A DNA stretch of 63,590 nt, filler included, from Reclinomonas americana ATCC 50394 (GCA_048213135.1; 5 parts of 4 records of this genome joined end to end with filler, not necessarily neighbours in it); one strand, 5' to 3'; shown: positions 51,057 through 63,543, counted from the whole stretch's first letter. Notes: a model not told the origin generated them from the letters alone. Translations and numbers: made by a program.

Positions 51057-51587
51057 CGCGACTCGTCGATCGTCGCTGGCAGTTTTTTGGCGCGCAGAGG
51101 ACAGGCAGGACACGTGATACGCCGTGGATAGCGCATGCAGGCAGAGTGTTCGTGGAGTGTGTTGGTGGCTCTATGCACGCGTGTGGTGACGGCGCCAGTC
51201 AGCGAGTGGTGACGATGGCGCGACGTCGCAGGACATTTCGAGAATGCATGCAAGCGCACGTGTTCTGCCGTCCGTGTCTTTGCCGTTGCTTTTACATATG
51301 AAGCCATAGTCACATACGCACATTCACGGCAGCAGAGTAATGGTGAGTGAACGTCGTCATCATGGACAGAGACAATGCTCGCGCACACTCAATACACGCG
51401 CGCACAGGTGAGAGCGTGCGCCGCCCACAGCACACAGTCTATGCCAGAGTGAGAGAAAGAGAGCGCGCGTGCGTGCGTGCGTGCGCGTGTGTGAGAAGAG
51501 AAACGCGTGTTTGCGTGTTTGCGTGAGCGGCCATGAGAGGTGCAATGTCCTCACACACTTTGCACACTCTCTCGTAGACTTTAAGAA

Positions 51588-52120
51588 ATGGCGTTGCAAC
51601 CCTACTTGGACACGATCCGGAAGACGCTGGATGCGGCACTGTGTTTGACGAATTTCGCATCGCAGGAAGTTGCGTTTTTTTAATGTGCAAGTCAAGAAGA
51701 AAGAAGTTCATCCGAGCTCATTGTGAGAAAAAATGTGTGCAGGTGGAGCGACACAACAAGCCGGAAGTGGAAGCACAGTTGAGTGTGTGTGAGAGAGTGA
51801 GAGTGTGCGTGTTTTTTTCCTCATGTGTTATATTGTGTCTATTAGAACCACTCCGGAGGTGGTGTTGAAGCCGGTGGAGGTGTGCCGCTCGGAGATGGAG
51901 AAGTGCCTCATTGAGCCGAGCATCAACTCCGTCCGCATCTCAATCACTATCAAGCAGGTGCTAATCACTGAATGCTGTTTCTTTTCTCCTCTCTTACATG
52001 CAGACACCTTTTCCTCCTGCTGTCTGCTAATCCCTTCCTCGCTGCACCCTTGGTCATCTCACTCCTTCTCGTGCATTCTCCCTTTCTTCCGCTGTCTTCT
52101 CTCTTCCTCCTCGTCTTCCG

Positions 52121-52157
<37 letters not shown>

Positions 52158-53420
52158 GCACACTCACATAGTTGCCTTCTCCTCCTGCTGTCTGCTAATC
52201 TCTGCCTCACACACTGCACATCGGTCACTCTCTCTCCTACTCGTGCATTCTCCCGCTGTCTTCTCTCTTCATCCCTTTTCTGTGACTGCCTCGCTCACTC
52301 CCTCCCACCCTCACTCGCTGCTCACTCATGCACTTGCACACTCACCACTCACTCGCACACTTGGCTCACACGCTCACTCACTCCTACTCGTGCATTCTCC
52401 AGCTGCCTTCTCTCTTCCTCGCTTTTTACATCTGCCTCGCTCACCTTCTCCCTCCCTCCCTCGTTCCCTCCCTCACACGCACACCCACTCACTCATTCAC
52501 TCACTCTCTCTCCTCCTCCTCTCCTTCTCTCTCTCTTCGCTTTCTCCTCCTCGTCTCCTTTCGCTCCCTGATCTCCCGTCCCTTCTCTCTCCCCTTCTCC
52601 TTCACTCCGCTGATCCTCTCCGCGACAGATTGACGAGTTGGATCGACTGCTGGTGAAGCGGTACACACGATTGTTGCAGCAGCGTGCAGCGTTCTTTGTT
52701 GTGCTGCGGAAAAAGTTGTGTCGGCTTCTTGGTGATTGTGTGTTAGCACTCGCGTGACTTTTTCCGGGTTATCGTGCAGGCCGGTGCCGGACTACGACCT
52801 CAGCTTCCTCATCACCAACAAGCACCTGGAAGGCATGCCGAAGGACAAGCTGATTGACTTTATCATTGCGTTCATGGACGAGGTGGACAAGACGGTGCGT
52901 TTGCTGGGTCGGCTCTCATTCTTGTTGGATGTGGTCTCTGGTGTACTGGAGATCTTAATTCTCTTGAACTGTGTTGGAGGCTGTCACACGGCAGCACGGT
53001 TCTGCGCACTGTTCCTCTGTTCTCGTCTCTCTCTCTCTCTCTCTCACACACACTCTCTCACTCACTTTCTCACTCACACCATGTCATTCCTGATCTTCCG
53101 CGTCCTGCATCTTGCATGCTTCTTTCGCTCTCTCTCTGTCTCTCCCCCCCTCTCTCCTCTCTCTCTGTCACTCTCTCCGGCTCACTTTCTCCTTCACGCC
53201 ATGTCATTCCTGATCTTCCGCGTCCTGTATCTTGCACGCTTCTTTCTCTCCTTCACTGATCTCGCATCTTCGCGTGCTTGCATCTCTCTTGTTGTTGCCT
53301 CACCTCGTGTTTCTCCGCGTCCTCTTTTCCTTCCTCTGCCTGCTGCAGGTGTCGGACATGAAGCTGTCGGTCAACACCCGCGCCAGCGCCGTGGCCAAGG
53401 AGTACCTCTCCGCGTTTTGA
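51588..53420 (+). CDS. ARPC4: Actin-related protein 2/3 complex subunit 4 (p20-Arc), 6 exons
   Basis: [100 protein letters not shown]..|[23 protein letters not shown]. Confidence 0.97.
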
Positions 53421-53794
53421 AAAATACGCACTCGCTTTCCTCCCCTCCCTCCCCACTGTGTTCCATGCTCTTTCTCTTTCTTTTGGTCGCGATGAATGTT
53501 AACGGTGCAAGCCGCGACGACCACCGCCTCACTTAAACAGCAGCAGCAGCAGCTGCTCAGTTTGTTTGAGTGAACGGTCTTGTCGTAGTTTTGCAAGCAA
53601 TCCAGCAAGAGGAATCAATCAATCGTTCGCGAAAAAGGAAATCGCGGTTCACATAAAGTGAGAAAGCAAGGTACTTGCACTCCACGTCACCAACAAAGAG
53701 ACACACACTCACACTCTCTCAAACACAGACAGTCACACTGGGCGCGCACAACTCTTCCTCCTCCTCCTCCAAACACCAGCAACCCGAGGCAACC

Positions 53795-53964
53795 ATGGGC
53801 ATGTGTGCCTCCACTGGTGCCTCCAGTGAGATCCACTCGTTCCGCGCAGTGCCCGACCCCGATGGTCCTCTCTCTGTGGGCGCACATGCGGCATTTGAGA
53901 CGACCTCGGCGAGTGCGCCAGTCACACATGCGCCAGAGGTGAGAGAGAGAGAGAGAGAGAGAGA

Positions 53965-54015
<51 letters not shown>

Positions 54016-57000
54016 AGACAACGAAGGGAGGAGGGCGAGGAGGAGGGGAGGGAANNNNNNNNNNNNNNNNNNNNNNNNNNNNNNNNNNNNNNNNNNNNNN
54101 NNNNNNNNNNNNNNNNNNNNNNNNNNNNNNNNNNNNNNNNNNNNNNNNNNNNNNNNNNNNNNNNNNNNNNNNNNNNNNNNNNNNNNNNNNNNNNNNNNNN
54201 NNNNNNNNNNNNNNNNNNNNNNNNNNNNNNNNNNNNNNNNNNNNNNNNNNNNNNNNNNNNNNNNNNNNNNNNNNNNNNNNNNNNNNNNNNNNNNNNNNNN
54301 NNNNNNNNNNNNNNNNNNNNNNNNNNNNNNNNNNNNNNNNNNNNNNNNNNNNNNNNNNNNNNNNNNNNNNNNNNNNNNNNNNNNNNNNNNNNNNNNNNNN
54401 NNNNNNNNNNNNNNNNNNNNNNNNNNNNNNNNNNNNNNNNNNNNNNNNNNNNNNNNNNNNNNNNNNNNNNNNNNNNNNNNNNNNNNNNNNNNNNNNNNNN
54501 NNNNNNNNNNNNNNNNNNNNNNNNNNNNNNNNNNNNNNNNNNNNNNNNNNNNNNNNNNNNNNNNNNNNNNNNNNNNNNNNNNNNNNNNNNNNNNNNNNNN
54601 NNNNNNNNNNNNNNNNNNNNNNNNNNNNNNNNNNNNNNNNNNNNNNNNNNNNNNNNNNNNNNNNNNNNNNNNNNNNNNNNNNNNNNNNNNNNNNNNNNNN
54701 NNNNNNNNNNNNNNNNNNNNNNNNNNNNNNNNNNNNNNNNNNNNNNNNNNNNNNNNNNNNNNNNNNNNNNNNNNNNNNNNNNNNNNNNNNNNNNNNNNNN
54801 NNNNNNNNNNNNNNNNNNNNNNNNNNNNNNNNNNNNNNNNNNNNNNNNNNNNNNNNNNNNNNNNNNNNNTCCTCCTCCTCCTCCTCCTCCTCCCTGTTCT
54901 TTCGCTTGATGGCAAGTTCTTGTTCTTGTTCTCCTTCTTCTTCTTCTCCTCCTCCTCCTCCTCCTCCTCCTCATCGTTGCTGTTCTTCTGCTTCTTCTCC
55001 TTCTCCTTCTCCCTTCTCCTCTTTCCTTCTTCTTGCGCTTGTGCTGATTTGTGGCGTCACAAGGTGACTTTTCTGCGCACGACGGCCGACACATGGGTGG
55101 GCGTGGCTGGGCTGGACGACAATCCCGACGAGCAGTTCGATTGCGCGCTGCGCGCCGTCACGATGGCCACGTCGATGATGGAGGTGCGTTCAGTACATGT
55201 GCGGCTCCCGTGGCATCCAGTTGATGGTGTTTGGGCAGGCGGCTGGTGAACTGGGTTTGGATGTGCGGATTGGCATGCACACGGGTACGGCGGTGGCCGG
55301 TGTCATTCACGTGGATGCGCCGTTTGAGTTGTGGGGAAGTTGTGTGCACTCGTGATTTCCTACCGACCTGTGGTGTTCACTGTGCTAACACTTCCTTTCT
55401 CCCCGGCAGCCTCAATCAAGGAGGCCACGCTGTTGCTGGCCGAGTGTCCGCCGAACCGCATTCACGTGTCGACCACGACTTTCCAGTTCGTAATGGACCG
55501 TTTCCGCTTTGAGGAGAGAATTGTTGCGTTGACAAAAGGGGCGTCCAGTGACGCAGTTGTCAGCTGACTCGTGAACAGACCTCGGTCAGCAGCGAGGAGA
55601 GAGCCTCGTTTCTGTTGGCCGATCGCATGCCAATGCCGGAGCAGCAGGCAATGGCGTTTGGCGTCGGGGCCGGTGTGCAGGGCGAGGCGAGGAGAAAAGC
55701 CCGTGTGTTGGTGGCCGAGGACAGCAACATTATTCGGCGTGTGCTCATGCGCATGCTGCAAGACATGGGATGTGAGGTGCAGATTGCCTCGAATGGGCAG
55801 GAGGCACTGAAGGCGCTGGTGGATTCGTGGCCGTTCGAGTTGGTGCTGATGGACATTAATGTTGCGCACGCTCACATGCACATGTGTGTATGTGTATGTG
55901 GTGTGTATGTGTGACGAGAAGATTCTTTTTTCTTGTCTGACATGCCTTGGCCGCAGATGCCGCACATGGACGGATGGGAGACGACGAGCCACATTCGCTT
56001 CGACCTGCCGGATCCGATTCGCTCGGTGCCGATTGTCGCCCTCACTGCATACGCAAACTCGGATGCCGTGGAGCGGTGTTACCGTGAGGTGCGTTGCTCG
56101 TGTGCATGCATGTGCTTATTCCACCCACTCAAACTTGCGTGTCGGCAGGGCATGGATGACTTTGTGACCAAGCCGCCGAACAAGGATGTGATTCACCAGG
56201 TGTTAAAAAAGTGGCTGGACAACTTCTCGTCGCAGGCGTCGGTGCACTGGGAGGGTCGGGAGTCGGCGGCCAACGCTGGTGCCGGTGCCGCCTCCACTGG
56301 AGTCACCTCCCCGCAGCAGGTTGGTGGAGGAGAGAGGAGCCATGCAGGCACGCCTGTCAATTTGACTGACGAGACTGGGTTGGGTGCAGATTACGGCATT
56401 GTCTGTGGCAGAGGTGCCGATAGCACGACCAAAGATTCTGATCTGCGACGACAACAAGATGACGCGTTCCTGTTGCGTCGCGGCCTCGTGCCCATCTCCT
56501 CTCCCTCCTCCCCAGCCGCACTCACTTTTTGCCGTACAGTGTTTGTACGGTTACTGCAGCGACTCGGCTGTCGCGTGATCGAGTGCGAGAACGGGCAGGA
56601 GGGTGTGGAGGCGTTGCGCGCCAACTGGCCCGTCGACTTGGTGTTTATGGATATTTATGTTGCGTCGCTTCCCTGCTCTTCCGCGCCTGCGCACTACGCG
56701 CGTATGTGTTGATGATTCGTGGTCGTGCAGATGCCAGTGATGGATGGGTACGAGGCCACGCGGCGCATCCGGGAGCTCGCGTTGCCCATGTCGGCGGTCC
56801 GCATTGTGGCCATTACGGCGTTTGCCACTCGCGACCAGGCGGCCATGATCTACGACCGAGTTGCGTTGTTTCTTTCGCCGCTCTGTTCCACCGCCGGCTC
56901 ACGTTTGCGACTCCCCTCAGGGCATGGACGACTTTGTGACAAAGCCAGTGCAGATCAGCGTGCTGCGGGAGCTGCTGGAGACGCACGTGACGTTACCAAC

Positions 57001-57028
57001 CGAGGCTGCCGGCATCGAAAGCCAATGA
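53795..57028 (+). CDS. N-acylated protein with a degenerate class III nucleotidyl-cyclase domain and two C-terminal response-regulator receiver domains; gap at 54055-54869
   Basis: MGMCAS N-terminus; LRTTADTWVGVAG, VRIGMHTGTAVAGVI, FELWG, NRIHVS; REC1 VLVAEDS..LVLMDIN|MPHMDG..IVALTA..GMDDFVTKP; REC2 ILICDDN..VFMDIY|MPVMDG..IVAITA..GMDDFVTKP. Confidence 0.85.
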
Positions 57029-57129
57029 GACGGAAATTGTGTGTAGAGACGGAGAGAGTGGGGGAAAACCCTAGGATTAGTGTCGTGTAAACAGAAAAAA
57101 CATCTTTCCATTGGCTCCCCCTCCTCCGC

Positions 57130-57754
57130 TCACTTGGACGGTCTCACGCGCACATCGCCACTCGACACGGCGTGCTCACGCCCCGTGTCGTCAACCACGC
57201 GCAGTAGGCCATCCTCGGTGAACCCGACGGCCATGCCCTGCAGCACCAGACTGCCAACCACCTCCTGCATACGCGCGCACAATGAGCGCCTTCACACACA
57301 GTGAGTGAGCGAGCGTGACACCCACCGCTGTGGCCGTCGTCTCAAACACGTCGACTCGCCGCCCGACAATCATACTGAGTCTCTCGTACTCGGCCAGCAG
57401 CTCCGACGCCGGCGCCGCCGCGTACTCCTCCAGCGCGTTGCAGACGTTCGCCAAGAAGCGCTCACGCGACACCACCTGCCGCTTCATACTCGCATCCACA
57501 TGCTCCTGCACCGTGGTCACAATCGCCGCCAACTCGGGATTCCGCTCCGCCGGATTCACGTGCACATTGACACCAATGCCCAGCAGGCCTGCCACGTGTG
57601 TGAGGGCACACTTGCACACACACAAACAGGAAGGACGACGCACCCACGTACTCGAGCTTGTTGTTTTTCCGAGTCACCGACGAATCCATGAGCAGGCCGC
57701 ACACCTTGCGCTCGCCAATCCACACGTCGTTGGGCCACTTAATGCGCGCCTCCA
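57130..57754 (-). CDS. Biotin--protein ligase (BirA/HCS family), 3' part; the 5' part is in the gap
   Basis: ARIKWPNDVWIGERKVCGLL, LLGIGVNV, and C-terminal GMAVGFTEDGLLRV..VSSGDV. Confidence 0.92.
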
Positions 57755-58085
57755 CTGCCGCGAGACAGTCAAGAAGAGAAGGAGATGGAGGAGGAGGAGG
57801 AGGAGAAGGAGGAGAAGGAGGAGGAGGAGGAGGAGGAGGTGAGGGATGAGGGCGAAGGGGTGTGGGGAGGAGGGGAAGGAGGAGGAGGAGGAGGAGGAAA
57901 GAGAAGAAGAAGAAGAAGAACGAAGAGAGAGAGAGAGAGAGAGAACGAGAGAGAGAGAGAGACGACGAGAGAGAGACGAGAGAGANNNNNNNNNNNNNNN
58001 NNNNNNNNNNNNNNNNNNNNNNNNNNNNNTTAATTAATTAANNNNNNNNNNNNNNNNNNNNNNNNNNNNNNNNNNNNNNNNNNNN

Positions 58086-58546
58086 GGCGGCGAAGGTGGG
58101 CAAGAAGGCCGGCAAGGCGGGCAAGCGTGGTGCGGCGGCGGCTGCGGCGGCGGCGGAGGCGGAGGAGGACAGTGAGAGTGAGTATGAGGAGGCGGCGGGT
58201 TCGCAGGCGAAGCGCAAGGATGGTGCGGCGGCGGGGTCGGATGCGGATTCCGATGATGCGCTGGATATGGTGGGTGGAGGGAAAGAGGGAGGGGAGGGAG
58301 GGAGGGAGGGGGGAAGGGCAAGGAGAAAAGAGATGAGAAGGGAGAGCACAAAGAGGGAGATTGCATGCATGCTTGTGTGTCTGCCTTCATGGTGTTGGGA
58401 GAGAGTGACTGAGACCACAAAAGAGCATCTGTATCGCAGGTGGGAGATGGAGGGAGGGAGGGAGTGCTTGTGCAGTCTGCCTTCATTGTGTAGAGAGAGA
58501 ATGTGAGAGAGCACGAAAGTATATCTGTGTTTGCAGAGGGAAAAGG

Positions 58547-58589
<43 letters not shown>

Positions 58590-58857
58590 AGAGAAAGAGA
58601 AAGAGAGAGATCATGCTTTTGTAGTCTGCCTTCATTGTGTTGTGTTGCGGAGGGAAAGGGAAAGCAAAGAGAACGAGAGATTGAGAGAGAGCATCTCCGT
58701 TTCTGTTGCTCTCGGGCATCGCTGTTTCTCGGTGTCTGTCATTCTCGTTCTTTCTCGTGCTACTCTGTATCCGGTACGAGTGTATCCCTCCCTTTGCTCT
58801 TGTTCTCACGGCATCTTGTATGTGCTCCCCTTGTGTCTCTCTGTTTCTCTTTCTCTG

Positions 58858-58901
<44 letters not shown>

Positions 58902-60021
58902 TCATATGCGTCAGTGTGACAAAGAACATTCTGTATTACATGGTCTCATCTGCCAGTCCCTCTGTGCAGTCGGAGAGCGACCTGAGCCGCGATGTGGCGC
59001 GCTATTTGGTGACTGCGTTTGGCAAGTCCGGCGCACGACGACCCATCGACTGGCAGACCATTCGCAAGGACGTGATTCAGCCGGTGACTACCCGTCGCAC
59101 CAGTGCCAAGAAGATCATGCAACTCGTGCGCTACAAGCTGCGCGAGATCTTTGGCTATGATGTGATCGAAGTGGCCGGTTGCGTCTTGCGCCCCCTCTCT
59201 CCCTTCCCTGACAGCACACAGCTCCCTCACTTTTCGCCACCCCGCAGCCAACAAGTACATTCTGGAGCTGTACAGGCCGCCTGGTTCGCAGGCGGACGAG
59301 TGGAAGGCGCGCGTGCAGGAGGTTTACAGGTTTGCTGGCGGTGTTGCTGCGCGTTGCGAGTTGGCGTGATGAGCAGTGCTCACGCGGACCACACAGTGAG
59401 GCGTACACGCGCGAGGAGTTCTCGCAGCTCGGCTTGCTGCACGTGGTGCTCTCGCTCATTTTCGTGTCGCCGAGCAAGAAGCTGGAGGAGAAGACGCTGG
59501 AAGCACGTTTCGTGTAGATTACAAAGAGGTTGTTGTTGTTCGTTTTGGCTGACATGTGATAACTCGGCGCAGCCACGCTGCTGCATCGTCTCTCGCACGC
59601 GTTCCGATTGGAGGTCAACGACTTGCCAAGTGCCGGCTTTGGCAACACATACAAGACGGTGAAGGACCTCATTGAGAAGAAATTCGTGCCGGAGGGGTGC
59701 GTCAACCATGCCACACGCACACTCCCGACACACAGCTTTCTCACACACAGCACGGCGCAGGTACATTAGCATGCGCGAGGAAGAGGGCGACGGCAAGAAG
59801 GAGAGCGTGTACTCGTTTGGTCGGCGCTTCTTTGTCGCCGAGTCGACGCTGCCGGTCGACATCAAGGACTACGTTACCGCGCACTCGGTACGTGCAGCTT
59901 GGGGTGCACCGCACGCCGTGTTTTTCATGCAATCTAACACGCGCATGCGTCTCCGCAGGGCAAGAAAGCAGAGCAGGGCGGTCCCAAGCGTTCGGCTGCG
60001 GCGGCCGCCTCGGCAGAGTAA
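58086..60021 (+). CDS. NSE3: MAGE-domain protein / SMC5-6 subunit NSE3; 5' end in the gap
   Basis: DVARYLV..PIDWQTIRK..KLREIFGYDVIEV..KYIL..GLLHVVLSLIF..KKFVPEGYI..VYSFGRR, typical of the MAGE homology domain. Confidence 0.8.
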
Positions 60022-60071
60022 GTGATGGGTGTGGCTTGTCCGCGTAATGTACACACGGAAAAAATGTGGTT

Positions 60072-62780
60072 TCATTTTTTCGTGGGCGACGCTGCTGCTG
60101 ATGGAGTTGATGGCGGCTGTGGTGGTGGTGGTGACGCCGACCCTGCTGGTGGTGGGCTGGATGCTGACGGGGAAGAGGGATGTGCAGATGACCTGCGAGA
60201 CGCCTTGTGCTGCAAATGCACGCGCCGCTGCTCTTCCATGAAGCGCAGTTGTCGGTGACCGCGGTACGCTGCAGTGGCGCGACGGTGAATAACCATGCAT
60301 AAGCATCAACCACTGCCGGAAGTCACACACGCACTCACCACTGATGATGGAGAGAATCATGCCACGGCGGATGAAACTGCGAAATACCGGAAGCGTGATG
60401 CGTCCGCGCCTTCTCATGTCCACCGCTGCAAGTGCACAATAAGGAGCACGACATTGAAGAGGGACAGTGGACTCTTCAGGCAGCAAACCGTCAGCAAAGC
60501 GCCCGGCCAGCGCTCGCGTCGGCTGCCACGGCAAATGACGCTCCGTGTCGGGCAGCACACGACAGAAGGCATCGCCCGCAAAGACCAGGCAATCCAACAG
60601 ATCCGCCTGGTGCATCCAGAAACGCACGTAGCCTTTGATCTCCGGCGAGTCCTCATTGGACCAGCGAAGCAGCCAGTGCCGTCGCCTGCCACTCGGCACC
60701 GCCGGCAGCAGCACACCGGGGACGACAGGCCGGCGTGGGATCGGGGCGGCAGCAGGATTGCCAGTGTGTGGTGGCTCGTCGATGATTTCGGTCTGCAAAA
60801 AAGGGTGAGGGAGAGAATAGGCGATGAGGTAGGGAGACAGCAACATCAAACCATGGGCGCGATTTCAAACGCGCGATCAATGGATCGCAGAAACTGCTCG
60901 TCGTCCAAGTACGTCATCACCGACGACAGTGGCAGCAGCGCCAGGCGAGCGACGCGTGACGCTGCGTGTAATGCATCATCAATTAGCGGAGGGGTGGAGG
61001 TCACGAAATGGCAAGGCGGAGACACACACCAATATACGTGTCAGCACCGCGTGTGGCGTGGTATGAGCGAAATACGTCGCGCAGGTAGTCCGCCAGCTCG
61101 TCCAGTGGACTGGCGCTGGTCAGCACAATGTGGTACATGCGCGCTGGCTGCACGACCAGCCACAGGTGATTGGAGAGTCTCTGCTCTAGTTCGTTTTGTG
61201 CTCGTGAGACCCAGCCTGTGCAGGGGCAAAGAACAGGGTCAGTGAGGCCGGGAAAGGAGAGGGGGAGAAGACAAGAGAGAGGGGGTATACTAGAAGAGGG
61301 AAGAATGATCGAAAGGTACACGAGCAAGCAGAGATACGGGTGAAGAGAAAGCGCCATCGATTGTGGAATGATGACAACAGAGTGACAGACGCAGGAGACA
61401 AGACGGTGTCCGACGGATACGGGAATAGGGAGAGGAAGATCAACATCAGTGAGGAAAGCACACAAGCAAGCACATCTACGGGTGAAGAACAAAGTGCCAA
61501 CGACTGCGGAATGATGAGAAGAGAGCAACAGTCACAAGAGTGGGTTACGCGAACAAAAGGCAGTGAGAGAACGGTCGCGAGCTCAGCCAAAGGTGAAGAG
61601 CAAAGTGCCATCGATTGTGGAACGAAGGGGACCACAGCCACCAGAGACAGTAGATGATTGAGTGGGAGAGATAAGAACGCAGAAAAAGAAAGGAGGCAAT
61701 GAGAGAATGAACGCGAGAGCGCACGTCATAGGCGAAGAGCAAAACTCCATCGACTACGGAACGACAGGAAGAGAGTTACAGTCTCGAGAGAGAAGACGGC
61801 GTCAGGGGGATACGAGGAGAGAGAGGAAAGATCAACATCAGTGACGGAGCAAGCACAGACAAGGATGAAGTGAAAGAAACAAAAGTCAAGCGAGAGAGAG
61901 AGAGAGAGAGAGAGAGCTGCAGTCACAGTCACAAGAGAGAGATGGGGAGTGAGTTGGAGGGCCACAAGAACAGGTAATATTTTCGAAGCAACCACAATCT
62001 GCTCCACCTCCCCCCCCCCCTCCNNNNNNNNNNNNNNNNNNNNNNNNNNNNNNNNNNNNNNNNNNNNTTAATTAATTAANNNNNNNNNNNNNNNNNNNNN
62101 NNNNNNNNNNNNNNNNNNNNNNNGTTGCTGCTGTTGTGAGCTTTGCACCGACGAGTTGCCGTCGGTGACAAAGCTGCTGGCCGAGGTCATCGAGGTGTCG
62201 TTGCCGGCGCTCTGGATGCGATTCGATGCCGACAGGCTGGCTTGGCGGGCGGCCTCAAAGAATCGCTCACGCTCGCGGCGCTGCTGATCAAAGAGAGCGG
62301 GTGACGGTGCACGGCGCGACAGCTGAGTCGTAGACCACGAATCGCCACCGCCGACTGTGTTTTGCTGCTGCACAATTGTCGGCCGACTGCCGGACTGCGG
62401 CACAGGCGAGTTGCGAGAACGGCTGCTGCTGCCAGTCGACGAGCGCGGCGCATTGCGCGCGCCCACTTGCACCACCTCGCCGTCGCGCAACTGAATGGCA
62501 TTGCTGCGGTCCTGGCGCGTGGGCGAAACATTGGCCGGCGGTTGAACCGGCGGCGCGGTGACCGGATTCTGCACGTGCGACGGCGAGAAGGCAATCAACG
62601 GGGCCGGATCCGACGAGGGCATCAGCGGATTGGCCGGACCCAGCGAGCGGCGACGCTTATCCACCACCTCCACAATCTGCTCAAACTCGAACAGCGGATC
62701 CCGCGCACTGCGCTGCTTGCGCTCCAGAATGGCCACCAGCGGCTTGTGGCACACCTCAAAGTCGGGCCACGAGAGCGGTC
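60072..62780 (-). CDS. Hypothetical multi-exon protein; continues upstream through a repeat-rich intron
   Basis: Linked open frames 62143-62780, 61035-61217, 60850-60975, 60340-60795 and 60072-60270 with GT-AG boundaries; no family recognised. Confidence 0.55.
61270..61860. repeat. Degenerate intronic tandem repeat
   Basis: Recurrent gaagagcaaagtgccatcgattgtggaa and gagaggaagatcaacatcagtga. Confidence 0.7.
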
Positions 62781-63009
62781 TGCGAGGGAGGTACGAGGTC
62801 AGCAAAAAAAAAGGGAAAGAAGGGGAATATGGGTTGCTTAGGACTCCAACGTGTTCCCCCACACATGCAACGCATTCTCCCGAACTACACGCATACATTT
62901 CCTCCCTTCAACTGCCACGCACCGTACTCATCAAAACTCAGTTGGCCTTCTCAGAAACAACATACAACTTCTCAACTCCCATCTCACTTGTGGGCCGTCA
63001 TCACACAGA

Positions 63010-63543
63010 TTCTCCTCTCATCAACCTTGCCACACATCTGAAACACAGTTGATCCCGCTTTCCAACACGCACATGCAGCTTCTCTCTTCAGCCTCTTCTC
63101 AGGCATACACATATTGATCTCATCAAAACACACTTGACCTTTTCTGAACACAATCATTAAACATCTCCACTCGTTTCTTGCTTATCACACAAAACTTCTC
63201 TCGTCAACCTTCACACACACACGCGCGCGCGCGCACACACACTCTTGCACACAGGATGCTTATCTGCACACACTTGATCCCGCTCTCCAACACGAACATG
63301 CAGCTTCTCTCTGCAGCCTCTTCTCAGGCATACACATATTGATCTCATTGAATCTTCCTGAACACGATCCTAAACATCTCCACTCGTTTCTTATCACACA
63401 CAAAACTTCTCCTCTCTTCAGCCTTTTCATACACACACGCACACGCACACGCACACGCACACGCACACACACACGCACACGCACACGCACACACAGTCCC
63501 ACTCTCCAACACCGACATCTGCAACCTTTCCTCTCTTCAACCT

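Noticed and set aside
55861..55957. Alternative reading of shifted donors as exon-G|TT...AGN non-canonical introns
   Set aside because: It would change the conserved receiver motif MDIxMP to MDIxVP in both domains; the GT-AG placement preserves it.
103..57028. Apparent signalling cluster (EF-hand, IP3R, G-alpha-like, kinase, cyclase-receiver)
   Set aside because: Interspersed with unrelated housekeeping genes; no evidence of functional clustering.
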